DNA of 63,323 nt, counting the filler, from Folioceros fuciformis (Eukaryota), in NCBI GenBank assembly GCA_049999805.1. It is 5 parts of 5 records of this genome, joined end to end, with 100 filler letters (N's around TTAATTAATTAA, not from the genome) between each part and the next. Parts side by side here need not be neighbours in the genome. Positions count along the whole stretch, not along the records: positions 1 to 27,415 come from JBNGIO010005799.1; 4 more parts are not named here. One strand, given 5' to 3'. Positions within the stretch are counted from its first letter, which is position 1. Each line of letters starts with the position of its first letter. The notes beneath the pieces were generated by a model. That model was not told where the DNA came from and ran no database searches. It saw only the letters and a program-made list of their open reading frames with translations. The translations under genes and the position numbers were made by a program. This document shows positions 1 to 11,768 of this stretch, in pieces.

Positions 1-634
1 CTTTTGGGTGCCTCCTTGTGATGGTCGGCCGGAGGGCCGCTGCGGTGGGTTTGCCTGCATCGAAGCCCCGCGGGGCTCCTGATTGCTGCCATTCCAGGAG
101 GGAGTGCGCCTGCGCCGTGGAGAGTGGTGGGCGATTCTTCTCCCGGGAGGGAACTCTGGGCGCCTGCCTGGACGCCTGTTTGTGCTGCTGGGCCCTCTGA
201 ATTGTCATGCCTCGTGCTGCTGATTGAATGTTGCACCCAACTGTCGGCTCAGCGTCTGCATTGGCTGCTCGCGGCGGGCCTGCTGCCCCGGGCCTGCCCA
301 ATTGCGGTGGGTGAGGCTTCTCTAGGGTTGCTGGGTGTTGGGGTGGGTAGGATCGCGCGCCAGGTCCGCGCTTGCAAGCAAGCGTAGGGCTCTGTGCCGG
401 GCTGGCGCAATTCTGGGGCCTCATCGCCCTGCTTCTCGAGGTGCAAGCTTTTCAAGTCTGATTGTGGCGTGTTGCCGTGCAGGAGGGGGTCCGTTAGTGT
501 GCGTGCTCGCCATTTCATCTCGCTGCCTGCTCATGCTCTTGGGCTTGGAGACCCCGACCCTGCCTCTCCACTGTGGTCTCGGATTTTGCTTCGCCTCATG
601 TACATGAGGCACAATTAGTGGTGCTCGTGTAACC

Positions 635-3600
635 ATGGTTGCCACCAAAAAGGGCCCTCATCTGGAGGGCAATTTCGACAGGGATGTCCGCAGAGGTGGC
701 AGCAGCAGTGGCGTCGTCGACTCCAGGGCGGTCCCGGCCAGTCCTAGGGAGGAACTGGGAGGTTTCATCTTCATGTGTAGCAACGAGACCATGGATTTGG
801 ACCGGCACCTGTTTGGTATGTTTGACTTCTCTCTCTGTCAGCCCTGGTATTTGTGGCCTCCCCCTCCGTCGCTATGCTTCCGCTGCATCCTGCCCGCTGA
901 GCTGACTGACCGTGAAGCCGTTTGCATCTGCTGCGGTCAATTGGATGCTGCAGTGCTGTTTGAAGTCTCATGAACCCATGGGTCGGATCCTAAGCGTCTT
1001 TGCTGTCGCATTCAGTCTGCGGGTTCTCTGGCCTTCCGCTCACTGTCCGTGCAATTGGTGGGTACAGGACTGCCGCAGAGGTACCAGGACGTGGTTCGTG
1101 CCATACAGCCAGGGTTGCCTCTTTTCCTTTATAATTATTCGACTAGGAAGCTTCATGGTGTTTACGAGGTATGTGGCAGCATCCGTCCTGTCCTCTGTGG
1201 TCTCGCTTTCTAGGGTTTCTTGTGTCCGTACGTACCGCTTGTATCGTAGTCGGGTGCATCCTGGATGTCTGTATGTATGTGTACATGCATGCATGCACGG
1301 GCCTTCTGGGGGAAAGTACGGCTGTGTGGTTCTGCATTTCCTGGGTCCGTTGATGGACTCGGTGTTTGACCTTCCGCCTACCCTAAAATTTGTCCTCTCC
1401 TTTCTGGCTTTCGTGCTGATCGCACAGGCTTCAAGTAATGGGGCCTTGAACATAGAACCAGATGCATGGGCGGCAGAAGGCAAGGATCTTTCCAGGAATG
1501 GGAGGCCTGGGTCGAAGTATCCTGCACAGGTAGAAGTTCGGCTGTTTCATCATCATCAATCTTCTGTGTGGGAGGGAAAGTCAGAGAGTATTTTGTATAT
1601 ACTTGGACAGGCAACGGTCCAGCTCTTCCATTGTCATCAATCTAGCCTGTGGGGGGAAAGTGTTAGAGATGGTTTTTGTGTCTGACGTTTCTTGGGTTCC
1701 CTCTCTTCAGGTTAGAATGCGGCTCCGGGAGCAGCGGCCACCTTTAGACGAGGAGGCTTTTCGTCCAGTTTTGCGACATTATGAATATTCGAAATTTAAG
1801 CTTGATCTCACTAATGAGGAGGTAAAGCTTGACCTCTCCAGGGACGAGGTAAGGTTGTCTCTTGTGTCATGTTCTGTTCTGTTTGTCACTGTTGTGGGCT
1901 AGTGTCGAGGTAGGTATTTGAATGGCTTTGCATTCTTACCGAGCGAGAGCTGGAATGACAGGCGGAGGCATTACTCAGGTTGTTTGGTTTATTGGACGAC
2001 AAGGGCGGCTGGCAAACAGTACCTACCAAGAGTAATAAAGTGAGCCGTGGTCATCATGTGCCCAACTCTCCTGCTGGCATTAGGCGGAGGATAGCGCCTC
2101 CAGCCAATGGCACCATCACGAACGGCACTACAGCCTTGATGACTCTGAATATGCTCGCAACTGAGGCATCAGCTCGCGGCAGGGAGAGGGAAGGCAGGGT
2201 GGACAGTTGTGCTAAATGGATGCGCAGGGATGACTCAGATTCTTGCAGTGGCTCCTCTAGTGTAGGGACTGTGTCAAGCTGGATGGGGCACGAGGAAGAT
2301 AAACCCAAGAAGGTTTATGTTGCGAATGGCGTCCATGCAGATGCCAATGGTTCAGGCACAGAAGACAAACCTCAGGATGGGAAATCCAAGAAGTTGGAGC
2401 ATCCAAATGGGAACTCTGAGGTGAACCACAGTGGTGAGGTGGGGTCGAGTTGCTCAGAGACTTCACATTCAAATGGCTCAGGGGTTGGCAGCGAGGCCAA
2501 CTCTATGTCAAGCCATAGCAGGGGCAATGGGAGATCTGGCTTTGCTTCTTACAGCGCAGCTTTAAAGGCTGGCATGTCAGCAGCTTCTCTGGAGACCTCT
2601 GGGGGGGAGGTCCAATCAGGGTATGGTGCAGAGGGTGGGACTGGCCTTGCTGCCAGCAGCCTCAAATCGATACCTGACCTGACGACAGAATTTACCTTGG
2701 TGGACAGCATAACTGACAAGAGTAAACTGAAATCACCTGTTGCTAGTCGCAGTCCCAAGGCCGAGCCGCAGAGTATGTGGGTGGCTCATCCGAAGCTGAA
2801 GGTGGATGCCCTCCCGACTCCTGTCAAAAGAGGAGGCGTGGAGGATGCTAGCAGACTGCCATCTGTTTCGCCTTCGGCTGAGGACAAGCAACCTGCCTCT
2901 GAGGGAGATGCCAAAAGAGGAGATAGGGCACATCCTTGGAGCAAGCCGGGGGGATTGCCCACAGCAATTTTCCCTGATTCTGCTGGAAATAGTCCTGTTG
3001 GAGGAGGAAATGAGCCTCTAGGGCTGGGTGAAGTGATCATCGATGAAGCAAGAGGATCGGTAGAAAGAAGTAGTATGCTGGAGGAGGGAGACGTTGAGCT
3101 ACATCATAGCAAAGTTGGAGATAAAAAGAGTGCATGGCAAGGCAATGATGCAGCAGTACTAAGGAGGTTACATGATTCGGACCCTGCCGTGACTAGTACG
3201 TCTTTGATTGGTTCCTTGAGATCAACAGCCGAGGTATTGAAAGAGAAGATGGACTCTGTTGCAAAGGATGTACCGGTTCAGGCAGCAGAGTCAGATGAGC
3301 CTCTGAGTGGACCTGAGATAGCTACTCCGAAGGTCCAGCAGATTCAGCACGATCAGAACCAGGTGCCACCGAGCTCTTCTCAAAATTCGAAGATTCATCC
3401 ACAGTTTCATCACAGCAGGCCTGTACATGAGCCACGCAGGTCTCAGTTTGAGTATCCGAAGCACGACAGGCATGTGGAGGATCGCCAACCCCATCACAGG
3501 AAGCAGTCACTACCTGCTGAGCTTCAGCAGCACAGCGTACCAATGGCTCATGCACGCCAAAGCCTGGTCACCATGCGTGTACCGACGTCACCTCCACCAC

Positions 3601-5762
3601 CCAATATGCATCATGTACTCCCTCCACCTTCTTCCTCATCTCTCTACAGGGAGCGCCGTGTTCGAGCAGGTAATGGTACTGGTGATGGTTTGCAGGGTCT
3701 GACTTACAGGCCAATAAACAGGAATGCTATTGACGGCGAACTAGGATTGCAAAGTCCGATAGCAAATGGCTGGGCTTACCAATCACCAGTTGTTCTGGCA
3801 TCACCACCCTATTCTCCTTTACCAGGATATCCTGCAGGGATCTATGTGCATCAGCAGCAGTTGGTGTTCTCGCCCCCGCATCCAAATGTGGACGCCCTTC
3901 ATGCAGAGGTCCTTGAGTTTGCTCGGTCAGTTGGACCCTCCCCTGAGGCCCGTCGACGGGCTGAGGCAGCAGTTGATTGTGTGAGGCGGGCTGTCAAACA
4001 ATTATGGGAAGGGGGAGATGTTGAGGTCTGCACCACTTTCCATTCATCTACTTAACTTTCTGGCTTCGCCTCTTTCAATATTGCTTGTTGTTGGTGTTGA
4101 TGTTTTTTGGTGCACCTGTCCACTTTGCTGATAGGTGTATGGCTCATTTGCGACTGGCCTGTGCATCTCCCACTCTGATGTGGATGTTGCAGTGGTGAAC
4201 GCGCCACCACCAAGCACTGACTTTATGGAAGGAGTTCAGCATTTGGGGCCTGCGGCTGCCCTTACGGAATCGCTTTATAAGGCACTTGTGAGCAACAAGG
4301 AACAGGTTTTTGCAAGCGTAGCTTTGATTCCCGCAGCCATTCCAGTTGTGAAGCTGCGTTGTACACCAGATGGAGCAACGGATAAGGGCACTCCTGTTTC
4401 AATTGACGTGACAATCGGAACTGGAAGGAAGCGGAATCCTTCTGGGGGCCTGTCTCCTGCGGAGAATTTAACCATTAATTATCACAACGGTCAAGCAGCT
4501 CGAGAATGGGTGATAGAAAGACTCAGGCAGCTTCCTGCTTTGGCTCCTCTGGTAGGTATTTTCGCGCTTCTCTCGTTTCTGGCTCTGCAATGACTGTCAT
4601 TTATCAGAGGATTCTGTGCTGTGGATTTCCAGGTTCTTCTGTTGAAAAGCTTCCTCCACTACCGCTCCTTGAATGATGTGTACTCTGGAGGCCTAGGATC
4701 ATTTTCGCTCACACTCATGCTTGTTTTCTATCTTGAGGTAACTGTTAGGTCCTGAATGCTTTCTGCTTGGTCAGTGTTGGGAGATTTGTTTTAGTTGCTT
4801 TTTGCCTTGTGGATTCTTACAATCTTTTCTGGCTCTCTGTGTACAGTGGGCACCAATTTGGGGACTGCCGCAGGAGACACCTTCAGCCCGCTCTGTATGC
4901 TCAGCAAATGTTTCTGTGGATACCACCCATTCTGCTTCATCTCGTGACGAAGCTGATGAAGTTGATGATGATTCCTCAATTTCTTCGTATTGTTCGACAA
5001 ATACTTCAGCTTCAAGTTTATCTAATGAGAGCACTACGATGAGTGGAACAAGCGCAACCTCAAGTCGAACACTTGATGGGTCTCGCCCTGATGCGGCTGT
5101 TGGTAACTGTTCGCATGTCTCCAGGGAAAGCAGACCATCACGAACAGCAGCAATAGCAGAGGAACTGCTGAACGCAATGGAAGCTGTGCCTGCACCTGGT
5201 CTTGGTGTGCTTCTGCTGGGGTTTCTACGGTGGTTTGAGAGTACGGATTTTTCTCGCGTCCAACTTATGCTGAAGGTAAGCACTGTGAAACTGTTCTGCT
5301 TTTTTCTCTCCCTTCTCTGAAAGGCGTGTGGTGAGCTCATCTTCAGCGCTTGCTAATCTGATGGGGTCTGGATCAACCAACATCACAGGGAAAAAGTGGT
5401 CAAGGTGGGTACATCCCTGTGAAAGACTTGGCTCGTGCCCGGTGCACTCTTTTGTGGATTGATGATCCTCTGAGACCAGGAAACAATATTGGAGCAGGTT
5501 CCTTCCAAATGTATGAAGTACAGGTGAGATTCCTACAGGCAGGCTTTAGGGTCTAATGTTGGAACTGCTTTTCTGTTCGATGCACTCACTGCCTGGCTTG
5601 GTGTGGTTGCAGAGAGCATTGAAGGAAATGCTCACCATCTTGTCCCAGATCCCTCTTGCACCTATATATGCCCCACATGAAAGGGTTGGTATGGGACCTG
5701 GGCGAAGGCGACCGCTGTACTTTCTCGATCAATTGTTTAGTCGTGGGGCTGTTTCATCATAA
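635..5762 (+). CDS. DCD-domain + TRF4/PAPD5-like non-canonical poly(A) polymerase fusion protein (~1264 aa, 10 exons)
   Basis: Exons 635-815, 1068-1168, 1428-1529, 1711-1821 (alternative end 1848), 1962-4025, 4135-4551, 4633-4737, 4847-5275, 5389-5523, 5613-5762 join in frame over GT-AG introns. The N-terminus GGFIFMCSNETM..LFGLPQRYQDVVRAIQPGLPLFLYNYSTRKLHGVYEA..KYPAQV..FRPVLRHY..KFKLDL is a DCD domain. The C-terminus YGSFATGL..SDVDV, SIDVT, LKSFL..RSLNDVYSGGLGSFSL and LWIDDPLRPGNNIGAGS is a Pol-beta nucleotidyltransferase plus PAP-associated domain of the TRF4/PAPD5 type. Confidence 0.88.
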
Positions 5763-7316
5763 ACAACAATGCCTCGAAGGGTGAGCCCTAGGGTTTTTGT
5801 AGACATGGGTCACGGTTTTTTGAAGTGACACTATGACGGGTGGGGAAGTTATGCTCCCCGACATAACCTTGCACTGTTCTGGGGTTCAAGATAAGAAATC
5901 GGTCTAAGACCCCATGCTGCCTCCTTCCTCACTGCTGTTCATTATTGAACGCTGGCCAATATGGAGAGATAGAATATGGCTATTCACTTCCAGAGACACA
6001 GGATGGTGTGACTGGATGCCTTACGGTGGAATGCCTGGTTTGATTGGATGCCCTACGTGGGAAGGCCTGAGGGTCAATGATGTTGGTACAGCAGAGGAAT
6101 ACTATCATGGTAATGGGGTTGGAGGTTGTAATGTAGCCTCCTCAGCTTCAAAAAATTTTGTCTGGTTGTTTCTGTTTCAGATAAACGTTCTCGGAAGACT
6201 GCAGTATAATGGGGTGAGCCTCAGCAACGGCAGTGACACCCACAGAGTGCACTCATGAATTTGGATATCCGAAGAAAGTCTTCTTGTTCTACCGAGAAAG
6301 CTACAGTTGCAGGCTCAAGATGCGCTTGGACCTGAAAATTGGCAAATGCTATGTCGAAGTTGCAAACTCAGTTTTTGTACATGTTTCAGAGCAACACTCT
6401 ACAGATGAGGTGCGTTGTTGTGAATACCTGATGGTGGTTGGTGGCGACGCTTCTTTGAACTAAGCTGTCATATCAAAGTGCAGAGCTGTATCGCAAATCA
6501 CTTGTGGGAGAAAAGTCAGATGGTGTTTTGGTTAGGGAGCCCAGGCAACGAGGTTGCGTAGGGATCTTTCTGTAAACATGCTGGATTCCATCACCCTGTG
6601 GTGTCAGAACTGGATTTCCCAGCCTTGCTGTTGTAGCGCACACCTAGTTAGCTTACATACATCAAGGGATGGCTGAAGGGACTGGTATATAGCTAGAGAC
6701 TTGCCATGAACTTGGGTGGCTCGTTTTGAAGTCACTAGACATTAGTAAGTCTACTATCCATAGGTAGTACGATTGTCCTATCTTTCAGTAGCGGTCGATC
6801 TCAAGCCGGTCTGCAGGCTTTACGAGGAAAAAAAAAAATAACAAAATTGGCTTGGCATGTAAACAGGACACGCAGTTCCCCAAGGGAGCTGATTTGGCTG
6901 CCGAATAATGTGGCAAATTTCACATTCCACTGACTACGTCTGAATTGGGATTGCAAAAGATAATATACCACACTAGACGGCCACTACGGCTACCCCTTGC
7001 TGCACCACGAAGGTTTGTGTGGCTAATTTGCGGTTCGGTGGTATCCCATCTGCAGATGTTGAACACCCTATTAACCAATTGCAGATATTAACAACACGCC
7101 AGTCTCTGCTGGATCTCTTCAATACTACGTGAAACTCCCCGATCGCGAGAAAGGGAGCTTGGATATTTTGCTATACAACACGATTGCACTGGGCAACCGA
7201 CCAAACAGCTTTCACGATTACGATAGGTTAAGATCCCGAAGCACGACAATAGGTAGTAGGTGGAGATGTTCCTTCCGCCGCCAGTGTCAACGAAGGTAGT
7301 GGAGAAGCAGCCACAG

Positions 7317-8026
7317 TTAACGTTCACCACGGGCCTGCTGGCCCTGGTCCTGAGCCTGACCCTGGGCCTGGGCCCGGGCCTCCGCCTGCCGCTGCAACTT
7401 TGCTTCATACTTCCGCTTACGTATGTCTTCCTGCATATTAAACTGCATTTCCTTGAGCTTCTGCATAATCTGCAAATACTCCTCTACACTCTTCCCAGGG
7501 GCGTTGAACCTAGGACAAACTTCTTCCTCATCTGCCAGTGCCTCCTTCCTCCTCTGCTCCACAGCTTCTGGCGAAAAGTCCGTAACCTCCGGAAGGGGAA
7601 TGAGTTCAGGGCTCCCTGGCCTACACGGTCATCACGGCAACATCAACCTCCACACGCACACAACTCAACCCGCCAAAATGAAACTTAGAAACGCAAACGA
7701 AATCCACTTACGGTCTTGGCCGCTTTGGCATGTGAGCCCGAATAGGTTGGTACGCAACACCTTAACACGGAGAACCAGTCGGTGAAGAAAATCCGAAGTT
7801 AAGATCCAAGAACCAGAAACAAGCAGGAAGCAGCGGGGAGGGAATGGGTAATACCCCTGTAACTGGCGCTACGAGAGGGTGCGACGGACAAGGCTGCCGG
7901 GATGTAGTGGCGGCGAATCACAACGCCGTGGGGTTTCAAGCTGACCCCTGAGCAGGCCCGTGCACCTGCCTTCGCTCCTCGAGTGATGACCTTGGTTGCA
8001 GACGGAGACGCCATTGTCGAATTCAT
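7317..8026 (-). CDS. Hypothetical two-exon protein (~155 aa) with a presequence-like N-terminus and a coiled-coil/QA-rich C-terminus
   Basis: Exon 1 8026/8014-7855 (MASPSATKVITRGAKAGARAC..SASYR; Ser/Ala/Arg-rich, no acidic residues). A phase-1 GT..CAG intron at 7854-7616 joins in frame to exon 2 7615-7317 (GSPELIPLPEVTDFSPEAVEQRRKEAL..QGQQARGER*). I recognise no family. Confidence 0.55.
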
Positions 8027-8108
8027 CACGATCGGGGTGGGGAGGGGAACTAGCCGACGGGGATTCTGGGGACAGACGGCGTGGAATGCACAGGACAGAG
8101 AAATCTTA

Positions 8109-8151
8109 TGGGCTTTCCAACCCTAAAAGTCTGTCCCCTTCCAAGGGTTTA
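8109..8151. promoter_or_regulatory. Site II element plus telo-box-like motifs in a probable bidirectional promoter
   Basis: TGGGCT at 8109-8114, CAACCCTAAA at 8118-8127 and AAGGGTTTA at 8143-8151 lie between two divergent ATGs. The site II/telo-box pair is typical of plant ribosomal-protein promoters, but these telo-boxes are imperfect. Confidence 0.4.
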
Positions 8152-8219
8152 AGCAGCGATTAACGAAGAGGTATATTAATGAAAAATTCTTTTCCTATCT
8201 TTCTCCTTTGCATCCGGTC

Positions 8220-8959
8220 ATGGCTAGGCGTGCGTCGCACAGTCTGAGCAGCTTGCTCTCACGCGTCACACTGGCCGCGTCTCCGCCCCCTCTGCGACAT
8301 TCCGTTTGCCAAGGTAACGCAGCCGTTGCAGAAGTGCTGGATTTTTCAGTCCATTTTCAGCATTGGTGGCCTGTTGCTTCCTCGTAGTCAATCAGGTTCC
8401 TCGCCGGTTGCAGACGTTCCAGGGCGAGAGGTCGGAGCGTTGAGTCTCGTCTTCAGGAGATGGGCCACTAAGAAGGCTGGAGGCTCCACGCAGAATGGGC
8501 GTGATTCGTTGCCCAAGTACTTAGGGGTGAAGAAATTCGGTGGCCAGGTACACCTTCCACCAAGGGTTTTTCTTGGCCTGCCACTGTCCATGGTGAAAAG
8601 TGCTTTAAGACTTCGTGACCGGTACGCAGAGAGTGATCCCCGGCAACATCATTGTCAGGCAACGAGGCACCAGGTTTCATCCAGGAGATCTTGTTGGCAT
8701 GGGCAAGGACCATACGTTGTATGCGTTGTCTGCAGGGCAAGTTCGCTTCGCTAAGAACAAACTTACCGGTCGCAAATGGGTTCATGTTGAACCAGCAGGG
8801 GGCGCACCTGTGCACCCGGTGTACTCTCGGTCACATGGGCAAAGTCCGTCTGGTCCGGTCGGCAAGGAGATTTCTACTCCCATGTCAATCAATGGGGAAA
8901 GTCCGTCTGGTCCGGTCGGGAAGGAGATTGCAACTCCCATGTCAATCAATGTGCGCTGA
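8220..8959 (+). CDS. RPL27: Organellar (probably mitochondrial) large-subunit ribosomal protein L27 (bL27), 3 exons
   Basis: Exons 8220-8313, 8414-8547, 8630-8959. Presequence [16 protein letters not shown].., then [61 protein letters not shown], the L27 signature. Confidence 0.93.
8835..8951 (+). repeat. 57-bp in-frame tandem duplication in the L27 C-terminal tail
   Basis: Copies start at 8835 and 8892 and encode [19 protein letters not shown] and [19 protein letters not shown]. Confidence 0.9.
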
Positions 8960-9540
8960 TTTTCTATTGAATCCCTAGGGACGGATCCATCTCGACTACA
9001 CAGTTTCTTGGAGTGAATAACTCTACTAGACAATGAGGACGAACTTGCAACTGGTGTATTATCAGACGTGGATTTGTTGGGGCTGGTGTAGCAAACTTGG
9101 TGTTTTAACGTGTCAGCAGGTGGTCATCCGCTGCAGGTAGGGGTCGACTCAACGCTTGGAATTCACCTGACCCCAAAAAGACAACAGCACATTTTGAGGG
9201 TGTGACAGTCATGATAATGACGCGCAAAATGTTTTTCTTGGTGTTGATACACGTACTGAGGAACACTTCACAAGGTAAGGAAAGCACTTACTTTGCCACA
9301 GGGACTCAGGATGCCAAGATAGTCCAGGTTTGATCCCGCAGTTTTGTTATTACACCTGTCGCAACGGCAGGTGAGGATGTCGTTAATAAGTATGCTCACG
9401 AAACCGGCCCGGATGCAAATAATGTTCGACGAACACGAGCATTGTAACCTGGCAAAACGTACCTTGCACAGAGGTACGCGCGCTCCATCCCAATATCCGA
9501 AGAGTCCGACTACACCCTCACCGTCATCCTTCTTTCCTCC

Positions 9541-11618
9541 TTACGCTGAGGGCTTTGCTTTGGATTTGTGGCCAAGGCTATTCACCAAAGCCCTCCGAGT
9601 GCAGACAGGAAACATGTTAATGTTGGGGATGGGCAGCTTGGTCAAAACGTACACAAAACTGAGCTGATCTCTGGCAGTGAACAACGCAACCTCGTTGAAC
9701 CATAGGCACATGAACAAATTGGTCCTTGGTGTGTGCTCGCGAATAATAACAGACGCTTCAGCCAATGCTGCAACACAACCAACTTCTTAGAAGCTACTGA
9801 AGACATCTTTAAACACGACTAAATGATTTGCCCAAAGCAAATCCTGTCAGCCGGTCAAACTCACCTTTGTGGCCTTCTATCTTCGCTTTCCTTGGCAATC
9901 CTTCAGACTCGTACTGGCCAAGTTGAGCTGCAACCTCCCTAGGTGTCGCTTTGTGTTTTTGCACAATTGCATTTCCTTCTTCATAAACACAATCCCGTGC
10001 TCCATGCTGAGAAATGGCAAAAGTAGCTCGCGGCCGCCAGAGAAGGGCTTCAAACACACCCAGAGGATCTCGACGAAACTGTGATTTTGAATCTACCCAA
10101 ACAGAATACTTGGCGTTTGGAAACAGTCTATGACTCAACATCTGTAGCAGAAAGAAAGAAAAACTCGAGTTGTTGCAATTTCCCTGCAAGAAAAACACTG
10201 CCCATCCTGGAGCGACACGCAGAAAACTGAGCATCCAAAGCGGGGAAGACCAACCTTTGGAACCTTCCCATTTTTTCGCTGATCAGAGAAAGGAAGATGG
10301 TCAACAATTACAATTCTCCAATGCCCTATTTTCCTGCTCACTTTGTCAGGGTATATTCCACGTTCCTGCATAGCTTGTTCTGTCACATCATCCCAGAACG
10401 CTACATAGCATACCTGCCATACAGGTGCATGTCTAGTTAGAATTAGATCCAGGAGCTGGCGGATATAATGATCGGGAACCAAGAGATGAACACCTTATCA
10501 AGAGAAGCACTGGACATTCCAACAGGCTGGTACAGGTCATCTCCTCCGCCAAATATGCAAGTCATGACGACTGCTTCACACTTAGCCAGGACCTGTCTAT
10601 CTGTCGCAGAGATGTCAAATCCACCGTGCTCATGGCAGAACCCACAATGGACAGCCACAGTTTCACCAATCTGACGACAACAGGGCAAACATGAGCTACA
10701 CCTCACCACAGCCCGAGTTGCTTCCAAGCTCCTGGCACAAACACATTTGTGGGCAAGCACAGCGAACGGACCTTGAAGCTGGCGCTTCTTGTTCTACCTG
10801 TGAGGTTCCCAGTAAAGAGATTCGTACTTCTATTATTGTGGAAAACCAGGAATTGGCCATCAGACCCGTCGACCTGTAAGAGTTCGTTCTCATAGTAGTT
10901 CATGTAGTGTAGGTGTTTGATGGTGTCATCACCAGTCCTGGGAGGAAACGAAAGCTTCTCAAGTTCTTCAACGGGAAGGAGCTTTAGGCAAGCTGCAAAT
11001 ACGAGACCACAGTCATGCACAGCTAAAGAGGACGAACTAGCTCACAGCTCCCCCCGCCCGGCGGCCCCCAACACTTACGTTCCAGAGTCCCGTTTCTCCT
11101 TCTCATGGGCATGTCTAGATTATTCAGCTTAGACTTTGTGCTGCCAGGCTTCTTCACGTCCTGAGAGTCTACACGTCCACCTGCAACAACCCATCTGCAA
11201 ATTCAGCTAAATGACGTGGTGCTACAAGCTAAACCTGGCGATTGCCCGAGAAGATCACCTGGTCTGACATGAGGAACCTGAACGGAAACAAACCAAAAGC
11301 AAAAGAGGACTATAAGAGCACCCAATCCCCATGTCCCGCAATTGCTCCTTTCTGGACCTGCGCAGATCCGGAAGCCGCGGTGAGAGCAGATCTTAGCCCA
11401 TCAACTGTCGCTAACAGACCGGTCACAGAATGGAAGCCCTCACACAAGTCACCCGGCACCCTGGTGAGCCTCCTCCTCCTCCTCTTTTTCTTGGTGTCGT
11501 CGGCATCAAAATCCCCTTCGAAAATAGGCACAGAAATCGATCCGGGCGACAGGGTGCTCGAAGACCCAGATTCGCGAGAGGAAACACGTGAAGGGAAGGC
11601 GGGCACCCTGGCAGCCAT
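9541..11618 (-). CDS. DUF616 / TOD1-MUCI70-like putative glycosyltransferase, type II membrane protein, multi-exon
   Basis: Spliced minus-strand frame: MAARVP..ISVPIFEGDFDADDTKKKRRRRR, TM segment WGLGALIVLFCFWFVSV, LNNLD..CLKLLP, NLFTGNLT..R..SFKV, VHCGFC..GGFDIS..D, FGGGDDLYQPVGM, VCYVAFWD, LPFSDQRKNGKVPKMLSHRLFPNAKYSVWVDSKSQFRRDP, LAEASVIIREHTP..LFMCLWFNEV..FTARDQLSF. Stop at 9541-9543. Confidence 0.88.
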
Positions 11619-11768
11619 TCTTCCCGATACTTCAAATACAGCTTCATTTGGTAACATCCTCCAGCTGCTTCCTTCTGTAACATTCCATATTTAGTGTTAG
11701 AGACAGCGGATGAGTTGCACTAGGGCTTTCAAATATTAACCATCGGAGCAGATGATTGGAGATCTACG

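Noticed and set aside
912-1685. 257-aa ORF and other long ORFs overlapping the first gene
   Set aside because: These read through introns or are antisense shadows; the spliced DCD frame explains the conserved parts.
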